Source: Octopus vulgaris
Lineage: Eukaryota
Reading direction: 5' to 3'
DNA: 64,000 nt
Assembly (NCBI GenBank): GCA_951406725.2
Contig: OX597817.1
Span: 34,596,001-34,660,000, forward strand
The notes beneath the pieces are model-generated. The model did no database searches. It was not told the origin of the DNA and saw only the letters and a program-made list of their open reading frames with translations. The translations under genes and the position numbers were made by a program. Position 1 is the stretch's first letter. Every line of letters begins with the position of its first letter. Below are positions 42,541 to 54,746 of this stretch, piece after piece.

Positions 42541-42714
42541 AGAGTAGCAAGAGTGGCTGCGTGGAGAGTAGCTTGCTTACGAATCTCATGGTTCCGAGTT
42601 CAGTCCTACTGCGTAGCACCGTGGGCAAGTGTCTTCTACTATAGCCTCGGACCAACGAAAGCCTTGTGAGTGGATTTGGTAGACGGAAACTGAAAGAAGC
42701 CCATCGTATATATG

Positions 42715-42797
<83 letters not shown>

Positions 42798-42802
42798 GTG
42801 CG

Positions 42803-42833
<31 letters not shown>

Positions 42834-42996
42834 ATACGTTTGTGTGTCTGTGTTTTTTTCCCCAACTTAGCGGTTCGGCCATAAGAGACCGATAGAATAA
42901 GTACTAGGCTTACAATAAATAAGTCCTGGGGTAGATTTGCTCGAGTAAAGGCGGTGCTCCAGCATGGCCGCATTCAAATGACTGAAACAAGTAAAA
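42541..42996 (+). mobile_element. SINE family B
   Basis: B consensus with a deletion and an internal (TG)n. Confidence 0.85.
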
Positions 42997-43686
42997 GCGT
43001 TTAAACGCAATACCATTATCAATTGAATCACTTATGTTCTCCCATACAAAGAATTTGTACAAGTAAAGCATAACAGAACAAAAGCCGTGGAACGCAGTTA
43101 TGTTCACAGGAACTAACAAGCAAAGTGCTTTTCATAAGTGACTTTTACTTAATACCCGGCGGGAAGATTCTGAACGTCGAATTGCGTTACATACACTCCC
43201 TTAAAACCTAGAATGTTCATGCCTGTGTAAATAATTAGTATTTTAATTAGAGTATACATTTTATGATGCCAAAGATCATTTACGACCTTCAAGAGAGATG
43301 CTTGAATAAATAAAAGTAACGGGTTGCTGATTTCGATTCCAACTGCATGTCTTGAGATAACTTTCAAGTCTGTATATTTCCCCGGCTGACTAAAACCCCA
43401 ACAATTCGAATTGGACAGCAAATGTACTGTTATGCAAATGTTTCTTATGGCTGATGATGTTGATAAACTCCGTAGAAATGCTTTAATAATTCAAGTGTTT
43501 TCAAAACGATGTCCTGACCTCTTTTATCTGCGGAATAACATATCATGACCGACCCTCGCTCAGAAATAGACTACTCGACTATTTGCCCTGTTATACATTA
43601 CATCTATCTTTATCTATACTATACTATACTATACTATACTATACTATACTATACTATACTATACTATACTGTACTATTCTGAGGAA

Positions 43687-44052
43687 GCACTCCGTCGATT
43701 ACGACGATGAAGGTTGATCCGAATCAACGGAACAGCCTGCTCGTGAAATTAACGTATAAGTGGCTGAGCACTCCACAGACACGAGCACCCTTAACGTAGT
43801 TCTCGGGGATATTCAGCGTGACACAGAGAGTGACAAGGCCGTCCCCTTGAAATACAGGTACAACAGAAACAGGAAGTAAGAGTGAGAGAAAGTTGTGGTG
43901 AAAGAGTACAGCAGGGATCACCACCATCCCCTGCCGGAGCCTCGTGAAGCTTTTAGGTGTTTTCGCTCAATAAACACTCACAACGCCCGGTCTGGGAATC
44001 GAAACCGCGATCCTATGACCGCGAGTCCGCTGCCCTAACCACTGCGCCTCCA
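43687..44052 (-). mobile_element. SINE family C, tail variant 1, inserted in (TATAC)n
   Basis: Full body; (TATAC)n at 43614-43676 and 44053-44130. Confidence 0.88.
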
Positions 44053-44710
44053 CTATACTATACTATACTATACTATACTATACTATACTATACTATACTA
44101 TTCTATACTATACTATACTATACCATACTATATATATATAATTTCTGTGTGAGTTAGAGGTTGAGAAACCAAACTAAAGGATTAGTACCTATCCAATTTA
44201 CTGCTGGTAGTGTGCCCAGTTATTCATACCCAAGTGCCAGTTATTGTGTGGCACTTGGGTATGAATGATGGCTATCGAGTCTGCGACGATTCTGCAGCAG
44301 AGCATCTCCTGAATCTATATTAAGAAAAGCGTATCCTCCTTAATTGCGATTCGGTATTTCCTCACCCCCTCCCCATCTTCGCAAGTTTCTGGATAATTTT
44401 ATTCTTTATAATACTCTTTTTGTTAATGTATATTTAACCTTTGTGATGTTTTATATCATTAAATCTTTGGAGTATCACAATGTCAAGAGCAATACCATGT
44501 TTACCAATGGAAGATCCATTTCATGATTAGGTATACCTGAATTGTTCAAAGCTGTCAAAAAAAAAAAAAGAAAAAGTAAAAAATTAAAAAACGAGCCAAA
44601 TGATGGAACAAACAAAGTGTATTAGTTTGACGCACATGAAAAAACAGAAGTCTTCGACGTTTCGAGCCTATGCTCTTCTATAGAAAGGAATGAGGAATTA
44701 AAACAATGGA

Positions 44711-45083
44711 TACTCTTTTACTTGTTTCAGTCATTTGAATGTGGCCATGCTGGAGCACCACCTTTAGTCGAGCAAATCGAGCCCCAGGACTTATTCTTTG
44801 TAAGCCTAGTACTTATGCTAAGTTACAGGGACGTAAACACACCAGCATCGGTTGTCAAGCGATGTCGGGGAGACAAACACAGATACACAAACACGCACTC
44901 AAATATATATGCATATACATATACATATATACGACGGGCTTCTTTCAGTTTCGGTCTACCAAATCCACTCAAGGCTTTGGTCGGCCCGAGGCTATAGTAG
45001 AAGACACTAGCCCAAGGTGCCACGCAGTAGGACTGAACTCGGAACCATGTGGTTGGTAAGCAAGCTAGTTACCACACAGCCAC
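44711..45083 (-). mobile_element. SINE family B
   Basis: Reverse copy of the B consensus. Confidence 0.88.
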
Positions 45084-45589
45084 ACCTAGTGGAAAGTAAA
45101 CGGAGAAAAAACGCATTTTGTATGTATGCATTTATGTATGTATGTATTATGCATGCATGTATGCATGTATGTATGTATGCATGTATGTATGCATTTATTT
45201 ATGTATGCATGTATGTATGTATGTATGTATGTGTGTGTGTATGTTGCACTGCTTCTATTAAATCTAATGAATCGACACAAAAAAAAACTGTTACATCAAT
45301 TATTATAATATCTTAAACGACGTACTTTAGACACACGTATATATAATTACATACATACATACAGAAAACAACGTACTTTAGGCAAGTTATTCCACCCTCT
45401 ACCCGGGCTTGAATATTTTCAGGTTTTAAACGCGGCCTTTTTGAGGGAGCTTTTACTTAGATGTGTTATTTACAACTTTCATATACATTTTGGAACACCG
45501 TCACAAGATCAGGTTTTAATCATGGGCAATGAATAATATAATAATGAATAATATATATAATATATAATAATTTCGAGTTCTAGAACTTA

Positions 45590-45820
45590 CAGGATCAGAC
45601 ATCCGGTTCCTATGACGTATAATTAACCGAAATTACAAAACTTCCCCTGAACAGGACGCCAATCTATTGCAAGATTACTCATTTACAACTTAGTGGACTG
45701 GTCCAGCCTGAAATTAAGTGTTATGCTTAAGAACACAACTCACCACCCGGACTGGAAATCGAAACCATGGCATCGCGACCGAGAGCGCAACGCCCAAACC
45801 CCTAAGCCATGTCCCTTCAC
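45590..45820 (-). mobile_element. SINE family D, diverged
   Basis: Decayed match to 9330-9589. Confidence 0.55.
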
Positions 45821-46331
45821 CAGTTCGAAGATAAGTATTTCTAAAAACTTTCAAAGATTTTTTTTTTCACTTAATTCCATATGAATAATCAAATTTCAAC
45901 CGCAGGTTACTCAGTAATGGTAATTTTATAAAATTATGACCGTAATCTGTATATATTTCACATGTGATAAATCAAACCTTTATTATCAATTCATCGCATG
46001 AGCTGTTTTAAATCATGAACACATATGTTACCGTATTGAGAAATAATTCGGGTCTGAAAGGGTTAATTAATAAACTGAAATAAATAGCAATTCCCACAAG
46101 AAATGGAACTGATAATAATTTTAAAAAAACAACAGCAAAACAAATGAATTATCGACTCATTTACCACTATTATTCGTAGTAATCGCAAACTGAATTTAAA
46201 ACGATAGTAATCCTCGACTTTTCTTTATCATTCCACCGCCATAGATAAACATGGTGGCCATACTACCAGCCACCCCAGTTTTTTGTTTGCCTGTAGGTAT
46301 GTCAATATTGTTCAACTCTCGTCATCTAACC

Positions 46332-46585
46332 CAGCTGTTCCCAACCTTTTTTGCACGACGTACCGGTTTCATGCAAGACAATTATTCCACCGACCGGAGG
46401 ATTACGCGCATAAAAAACACTATAAAGTGCATAATATATAATTCAATTTATAATACTTAGGTATTGCATATATAATACATGTATAACACAAAAACACTGT
46501 TGACTGCGATAGTCAATAAAATAGAAATAAAATTTTTAAAAAACTATCTTTTTTTTCAATGCGGCCCGGTGACTGTGGATCCCTG
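46332..46585 (+). mobile_element. hAT-Charlie-like MITE
   Basis: Starts cagctgttcccaaccttttt..accggtttcatgcaagacaatt (MER1-like) and ends ggatccctg; flanks atctaacc/ttctaatt resemble a decayed NTCTAGAN 8 bp TSD. Confidence 0.6.
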
Positions 46586-46671
46586 TTCTAATTCTGAGCT
46601 TGACGAAATATTTTTATCCAGTACTTTATATTTTTATAGAAAGTAGGTCCCGCAAATATTATTATTATTAT

Positions 46672-47016
46672 ATTTTTCCCTTCTTTCTTCAAATTTTTCT
46701 TCCGTTTCTCGCCGAGTGTTTTCCGTACACCTAGGGCAGAGAAGCTCATTGTATGCTTTCCCAGGTTACACACGCAAATTCACAGGTAAAATATGTATTT
46801 AAAAAATTAATAAATAAATAAATTCATGAATGCATGTTGTTTTCACAGCGATAATGCTCTTCTCAGTACGAGTCGTTCCAGTTAACACGAGTGTTTGCAC
46901 TTCATGTAGGGATGGTAAGCCTGGTGTCATTTTCAAATAGGTTTCAGTACCTTTTTTTTTTTATCATTCCTAGAGATCCTACAATCACTGGTACTGTAGT
47001 CGCCTTGAGACGCCAC

Positions 47017-47018
<2 letters not shown>
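46672..47018 (-). mobile_element. R4/Dong-type non-LTR retrotransposon 3' fragment
   Basis: MWRLKATTVPVIVGSLGMIKK..(frameshift)TETYLKMTPGLPSLHEVQ, the C-terminus of a restriction-like endonuclease; flanked by (TAA)n. Confidence 0.75.
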
Positions 47019-47100
<82 letters not shown>

Positions 47101-47102
<2 letters not shown>

Positions 47103-47370
47103 AAGGAAATATAAAAGGAGAAAGGGACTCTCTACCCCCCCCCCCCACTTTTTTGACCAGGCTCCCGTGGCTTTTATGGGTTTTTCCACGAGTAACCTTT
47201 CAAAGCGCCTCCCCATAATTGGGAGTTTTGTTACTTACATTTCGTTGGTATCCTACTTTTGTACACGGACTTTTTCAAACGGACAAAACCCTTTGTAACT
47301 TTCGTCCTGTGTTTTGTTCCTTTATGTTTTAATTGATTTTTGTCAGCCCTTGTGGCCAATAAACGAACGA
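47101..47370 (+). mobile_element. Unclassified retroelement 3' fragment within (ATT)n
   Basis: Ends cagcccttgtggccaataaa, like the SINE A tail; microsatellite on both sides. Confidence 0.45.
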
Positions 47371-47390
47371 ATTATTATTATTGTTATTAC

Positions 47391-47424
<34 letters not shown>

Positions 47425-47751
47425 GTTGTTGTTGTTGTTGTTGTTGTTATTATTATTGTTATTATTATTATTATTGTTATTGTTGTTGTTGTTGTTGTTA
47501 TTATTATTATTATTGTTATTGTTGTTGTTGTTGTTGTTGTTATTATTATGCAACTAATATAGGTAGTTTCAAGGCAATTGCTCTGATCTCTATTGGTGAT
47601 CAAAATCGTTCCATTTATGACTATCCCATCTTATTTTTAGGCAACATATACGAGACTACGATATCCCCTAAAATAAGGTGCGGTTCGAGGGGGATTTCGT
47701 TGTTACTTGCAACATGGGGATATTATAATGAGTCACCCTCGTTTGCTTATG

Positions 47752-48465
47752 ACAATTTCATACCTTACAAGATGATTTAGAAAGATATGGCATCGTTTAA
47801 TTTCTATGCAAGTAACATATTTTCATGAAAATGTCAGTTTACAAATGACGACTTGCAGAACGATATTACTATATTTCTACGCAAGTAACAAAATTCATGA
47901 AAATTTCATATCTCTAAGTTTACTACCTGTAGAGCGATATCGCACGGTTTAATTTCATAGTTTAACGAAAATATATCTTTAAATTGATGAGTTGTAGAAA
48001 GCTATCAGTTAATTTCTATGCGAGTAACAAATTTTCATGAACATTTCATAGCTTTAAATTAACAACTTCTAGAAACAATATAACAGAGTTTAATTTATAT
48101 GCAAATAATATATTTCCGTGAAAATTCCATATCTAAATTGACAGTTTGTGAAATGATATCAGAAAATATAATTCTACACGAAAATTCTATATCTAAATTG
48201 TACAATGATCTCACATAGTTTATTTCACTGTAAATAACATATTTCATGCAGGTTTCATATCTCTACATTGACGATTAGTAGAACGATATCACACAGTTTA
48301 ATTTCTATGCAAATAACAATATTTCCATGAAAATTTCATCTCTTTTAATTGACGAGTTGTAGAATAATGACACACAGTTAATTTCCATGCAGCTAACACA
48401 TATTTTCCATGAAAATTTCATATATCCTAATTGACGACTTGTACAATGATAAGGCATGATTTAAA
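47752..48465. repeat. Degenerate minisatellite, about 78 bp unit, about 9 copies
   Basis: aatttctatgcaa.taac..atttt.catgaaaatttcat..taaattgacg.cttgtagaa recurs at about 47799, 47872, 47950, 48011, 48092, 48169, 48221, 48300 and 48380. Confidence 0.85.
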
Positions 48466-48794
48466 TAACATTTATTTATTTATTTATTTTTCAGATACAA
48501 TTTGGTTATTAAAGATAACCTCTGCACAGTTGCTGTTGTTCGTTTTAATTAAAAAGCTGAGTCCAGAGAATCTTATTATGTTTCTATGGCAAGATGGAAA
48601 CAGATTTACTGTTACGTAAAATTACATTTATTTTGATTGAGGATTCATATGTGTGCCTGTGTGCGTACACAAATGCACGCGCGCATGCACGCACGCGTGC
48701 GCGCACACACACACACGCACGCGCATTATTTATTTAATAACAGTTTGAATCGGCTTCATGCAACTTAGTTTCGTAGGCTTATCAAACGAACCTA

Positions 48795-48858
48795 TTATAC
48801 ATACATACATACATACATAAATACATATACGTGTATATGTATATATACATATATGTAC

Positions 48859-48894
<36 letters not shown>

Positions 48895-49011
48895 CGTATA
48901 TATACATATATATACGTGTATGTGTATATATACATATATGTACTATATATATATATATACACACGTATATATACTTATATATACGTGTATATGTATATAT
49001 ATGTTTTATAC

Positions 49012-49059
<48 letters not shown>

Positions 49060-49132
49060 GTCTACATGACGGTATGTAGTAGGTACGCGTATATATAAAT
49101 TCATACACCTTATATGTATGTATGTATGTATG

Positions 49133-49193
<61 letters not shown>

Positions 49194-49400
49194 GTCTGTC
49201 TGTCTGTCTGTCTCTCTGCCTGTCAGTCTGTCTGTCTGGCTGTCTGTTTGTCTGTCTGACTATCTATCTGTCGGTCTTCCTGTCTCTGTCTGTGTGTCTA
49301 TCTATCTCTCTCTCTATCTATCTATCTATCAATCGATCGATCTATCTATCTACATACACACACTCACGCACGCGCTTGAATACACACACACACACACGCC
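48795..49400. repeat. Compound (TA)n/(TATC)n/(TGTC)n microsatellite
   Basis: Simple repeats read directly. Confidence 0.9.
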
Positions 49401-49754
49401 TGCACTCACACAAACTGTGTTTTCATTAGTTTGTATGCAATGTTTCAGTCTTCTCATGTTCCCCGACATTTTATGTCTCCCCCTCCCCTTCCTCTCTCTT
49501 TCATTTCCCTCATTCCTTCATCATTTCACGTACACTCTCTCATCACCAACAAATTATCTTTCCCTTCAAGTGTGCACATACACTCACTCAAATACTTCTA
49601 CACATTTCGTGTAATGTGTATTTTCTATGCGTGTGTGCTCGATCGTGTCTCTCTTCGAGCGGCAGAGACAGACCGACCGACAGACAGACAGTTCTTCCTG
49701 TATGATTTTAATTAAGGCAGACACCGTAAAAGAAGGGAGGGGGCTGTGGAAAGC

Positions 49755-49990
49755 CGATGATGACGATGACGATAATGATGACGATGATGACGATGATGAC
49801 GATGATGATGATGATGAGGAGGAGGAGGAGGAAGGTGACGACGACAACGCGACAACCACGTCGGTGATGACGAAGGCGCCGCCACCGCTGACGACGACGA
49901 CGACAACGGCAGTGACCACAACGACGACCATGACGACGTCGGCGAAGACGACGACGACGGCGACGATGACGACGATGATAGTGGGGATGT

Positions 49991-50038
<48 letters not shown>

Positions 50039-50119
50039 CCACGACGATGACGTCAGATCGACGACGACGATGGTGATTATGGTGATGTTGATGGTGGTGG
50101 TGGTGGTGGTGGTGATGGT

Positions 50120-50150
<31 letters not shown>

Positions 50151-50165
50151 TTGATTATGATGAGG
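49755..50165. repeat. Compound (GAT/GAC/GAG/GGT)n repeat
   Basis: Trinucleotide low-complexity tract. Confidence 0.9.
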
Positions 50166-50571
50166 TGAAAGAAGAAAAGGTAACGATGAGATGAAATACA
50201 CGAAAAAAAAAGGGAAGGAAACACGTTAAACAACACGAGAAGAGAGATAGAGGGTGAGAGAGGTGACAGACAACAAGAGAGAGAGAGAGAGAGAGAGGGG
50301 AGAGGAAACAATGTGAGAGTGGAAGAAAAAGAACGAAAAAGAAAAAAGAAGGAAAGTATAGTGGAATGTAAGACCATGCTCAACATATGCTATGCCCTTA
50401 ACATCCCGATGGAATCGTAGGGACACCCCACTGTGAGATACGGCTTGTTTGGGGCATTTTAGATCTGGCGGAGTCGATTCTATTGCAGGTTTGACGACAG
50501 TTGATTTCTTTTGCAAGAAGAGGAAAAGACAGACAACGAAAATTTAGGGGAAAAAAATCAGCTTCAGTACA

Positions 50572-50993
50572 GTGCAGGAGTGGCTGTGTGGTAAGTAGCT
50601 TGTTTACCAACCACATGGTTCCGGGTTCAGTCCCACTGCGTGGCACCTTGGGCAAGTGTCTTCTACTATAACCTCGAGCCGACCAAAGCCTTGTGATTTG
50701 GTAGACGGAAACTGAAAGAAGCCCGTCGTATATATGTATAAATATGTATGCGTGTGTGTGTTTGTGTGTCTGTGTTTGTCCCCCTAGCATTGCTTGACAA
50801 CCGATGCTGGTGTGTTTATGTCCCCGTTACTTAGCGGTTCGGCAAAAGAGACCGATAGAATAAGTACTGGGCTTACAAAAAAGAATAAGTCCCGGGGGTC
50901 GAGTTGCTCGATTAAAGGCGGTGCTCCAGCATGGCCACAGTCAAATGACCGAAACAAGTAAAAGAGTAAAAGAGTAAAAAGAGTACAGATATT
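50572..50993 (+). mobile_element. SINE family B, full length
   Basis: B consensus with (GTAAAAGA)n tail. Confidence 0.9.
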
Positions 50994-51344
50994 TTATTTA
51001 TTCAGGCTTAAAGAATATAATGGAAAAATGAACTCGATGGAAATTGAACTTGAAACGCAGAAATCCGGAACAATTACCGATGTTTTAATGACTCTCCTAG
51101 CATGAGCAGAAGTCTTCGGGATTCTATGGAGTTAATATCTCAGGAGATTGATGTTATGACTATTTTGTTCTACTTCTTGCTTTTTCTAAAATTTTCTAAA
51201 ATAAACTGAATCTGATATCTATGTTTAATGCGTGGTATTTAACGGCATGTATGTATGTATGTATGTATGTATGTATGTATGTATGTATGTATGTATGTTG
51301 TATGCATGCATGCATGTATGTATGTATGTATGGAGGAAGCATAA

Positions 51345-51578
51345 AAGGCGGCAAGCTGGCAGAAACGTTAGCACACCGGGCGAAATGCGTAGCGTATTTC
51401 GTCTGCCGTTACGTTCTGAGTTCAAATTCCGCCGAGGTCGACTTTGCCTTTCATCCTTTCGGGGTCGATTAAATAAGCACCAGTTATACACTGGGGTCGT
51501 TGTAATCGACTTAATACCTATGTCTGTCCTTGTTTGTCCCTTCTATGTTTAGCCCTTGTGGGTAGTAAAGAAATAGGT
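51345..51578 (+). mobile_element. SINE family A monomer
   Basis: Full head through tail gggtagtaaagaaatag. Confidence 0.88.
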
Positions 51579-51880
51579 TAAGCGGGGGTCGGCACCTTTG
51601 AAAGAGCATGTATTCTTCATGAAGAATTTAAGCGTGCTGCTTGAAAGCGACTGCTATCGTAGTGGATGGGGAAGGTTTGGTTTGCAATGTTTGCAGTCGT
51701 GTATGCTTGTCAAGAGCAGGGCTCTTTAGCCACCAACGGAAATGCAAAATATAAGTAAGTCCTAGAGCGCACAATGTTCCTAAAGGCCAGCAATGGTCTT
51801 CCTCGGTTACGAGTGGACGGCCATCTTGTATGTATGTATGTATGTATGTATGTATGTATGTATGTATGTATGTATGTATG

Positions 51881-51910
<30 letters not shown>
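51579..51910 (+). mobile_element. RTE-clade LINE 3' end with (TATG)n tail
   Basis: Frame EGLVCNVCSRVCLSRAGLFSHQRKCKI* (51671-51754), an RTE-type C-terminal zinc finger; short 3' UTR stem-loop ctcggttacgag. Confidence 0.75.
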
Positions 51911-51911
<1 letters not shown>

Positions 51912-52150
51912 CCTTGTAAGTCAGTGCGACATGTGCATTGTCGGCGAAGAAACCCATCCAGATTCGCCTCAAAAGTGAAGAGATACGTTACACTGTGGGA
52001 ATTGACCTGGATATATCTGCGATTGAAGTACTGGCATTTCGGAGGCCAAGGAGGCAGCAGGGCAATGGTTGATGTACACATTATAAGAATGTTAAGAGGA
52101 TGAAAATGTAGCACAGATAGCAAAATGCTTCGATCGAAGATCGCTTTCGC

Positions 52151-52525
52151 AACTAGAAAAGCACTCGGAGAGCGCAGACCTCCGCCAAGTAGTAAAATTA
52201 CTGACAGAGAAACGAAAATAAAATTTGGAAACAGCAACGCCATCATAGGTTACGTGGAAACGATGAACGTGTCTTCAAGGGAGATAATCAAAGAACGTAA
52301 CATTTTAATACTTCATGTAAAATAAATATAACAAATGAAAAAATCTTTAAAGAAGCCATAAAAATTTCACCACCTGTCCCTTGTGCCATTGCCAACTTTT
52401 TCTGCAAGTTTCATCAAAAACCGTTCATAACTTTTTGAGTTATTTTGCACACAGACGGACAGACAGAGGGACAGACGGACAAACCAACGCCGATGAAAAC
52501 ATAGCCTTCCTTAGCGGAGGTAATA
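52151..52525. mobile_element. Helentron-like non-autonomous element (HINE/DINE-1 architecture)
   Basis: Subterminal IRs acctccgccaag (52178-52189) and cttagcggaggt (52510-52521); (GACA)n-like tract near one end; hairpin gcactcggagagcgc near the other. Confidence 0.65.
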
Positions 52526-53480
52526 ATTCCAAAAGGGAACAGGCCATTTTATAAAAAGTATCTCAGAGAAATGCAACAGAAACCAAGCAGTATAATTGAA
52601 AGACGTAGTGTATGACATAGATAAAACTGTGCTTCATTGCCAAAACCAACATATGTTAGTAAGGGAGATGGCATTGAGGCTGAAAGCCACGACGTTTGAT
52701 TTTAAAACATTTTATCGAGAAAATGGAAGTCCTTTATCAAGCGAAATCCTAATTCAAGCTATATTGCACAATCTGAGTCCATCATAATCTAAAGGCAAGA
52801 AGTTGTAGAGATGAAGCACGTTACCTATCTGAACGACACAGTAATAAGAGAGCTACTGTGCCGACAAAGTGAAGAGCAAATTATACTGAGAAACAGTATT
52901 GGCCACCCTATTTTATGAAACGGATGCGTAGATGAAAAAAAAAGCACTGCATGTATGCATTCGTGTTGAGAAAGATAATGCCAGGTATATCATCCTAAAT
53001 AAAACCAAGAAATAGCGGTGCATCAAAATCTTCGCTGGTTTTCGTACGACTAAAGAATGTCGGAAACTCACTTGGCAAGACAAATAAGTTGTCTTGTGGT
53101 TCGAGAAATAAAAGTAGGCTTCCAAGTGTCATATACCAAACTGTAAGTTGAGAGGCACAAGTCATTGGTACCTGCAGTTAGACCATAACAGCTGAGGTCA
53201 GACACAGTTGGAGGAGAGCGAGGCATTTCTAATACTCCTGATATGACTTTGAACATTTTATATGAATGATCATCGTTGACCATCAACGGATTGCATACAT
53301 TAATGTATACTGATGTATGCATGCGTGTATGTATGTATGTATGTATGTATGTATGTATGTATGTATGTATGTATGTATGTATGTATGTATGTACGTACGT
53401 ATTTGTGTTTTATTTCCTTATTGTTTAGGCAGTTTGATTGTGTGAGTTACTGTTGTTGTTGTTGTTGCTGTTGTTGTTCT

Positions 53481-53956
53481 TCTTCTTCCAATCAGGACTC
53501 ACGCCATTAGCCACAAAGAATAATCTCTAATTCGAGCCTACTCTAAGCTACTAAGAATGCGTGCGGTAACTTGAAGATCCACCCACCACATGCGATAGAC
53601 TGGCGGTTGCACAGGCGCGAAAGCTACGTTGTTATCCGCATTCCATAAAAGGTGGCTTTTAACGGGTGGAGAGCTGAACCATCCTGGGGTACAGAGGATT
53701 CGCAATCTAGACTAGGGTCTGAAAGTTTACCACCCCATAGTGGGTTACACCATGGTTCCTCTGCTTTGTGGCAGAAGTATGAAGAAAGAGTGAGAGAAAG
53801 TTGTGGTGAAAGAGCACAGCGGGGTTCACCACCCCACCGCCGGAGCCTCGTGGAGCTTAAAAGTTTTTGCTCAATAAACACTCACAATACCCGGTCTGGA
53901 AATCGAAACCGTGTTCTTGTGACCGCGAGTCTGCTGCCCTAACCACTGGGCCATTG
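53481..53956 (-). mobile_element. SINE family C, tail variant 2
   Basis: Reverse homolog of 2892-3365. Confidence 0.85.
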
Positions 53957-54326
53957 TTGGGTATTCTTGATGAGCTCAAGCGCAGCTGACCTAACACGAA
54001 AACAGCTCATTGATGTCTTTTTTTTTATTCCATTGACATACCAGCTGTGACCATGCAGATCTTCAGATATGTGGTCATTATTCTAGATAATGGTAGGCGA
54101 CTTGAAGAGTATGGAGGAGGGTGGGGGGACCTGTGGTTTTATACTTGATTGTTTTTGTGTTAGTTCGATATCTTCGTACAGTTAAAGAAAAACAATATAG
54201 AGGAAAGGTTTCTCTACATACAATCCTCACACGTTCATATTTCACATATAATTCCATGTGTGAGCGTGGGTCTTTAATGATGTTGGGGATGATATATGTG
54301 TGTGTGTGTGGAGCATGTATTTAGAG

Positions 54327-54370
<44 letters not shown>

Positions 54371-54457
54371 GTATATGTGTGTGTGTGGGTGTGTTTCTCT
54401 GTGTGTATAGATAGATAGAAAGATAGATAGACAGATAGATGGATGGATGGATGGATG

Positions 54458-54527
<70 letters not shown>

Positions 54528-54648
54528 TTTATACACAGGATGATACAGAAATGGGAATACATCTAATTCTGAGTGTTTGTGAGAAAATCTGTCTTTATGA
54601 GGTAGGGTCATATAGTGAATGCTTGTATACATATTCGTAGTAGTACTT

Positions 54649-54746
<98 letters not shown>

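Noticed and set aside
49584-50386. Long Asp/Thr/Ser/His-rich ORFs on both strands
   Set aside because: Compound trinucleotide repeat open in several frames; no splice or domain support.
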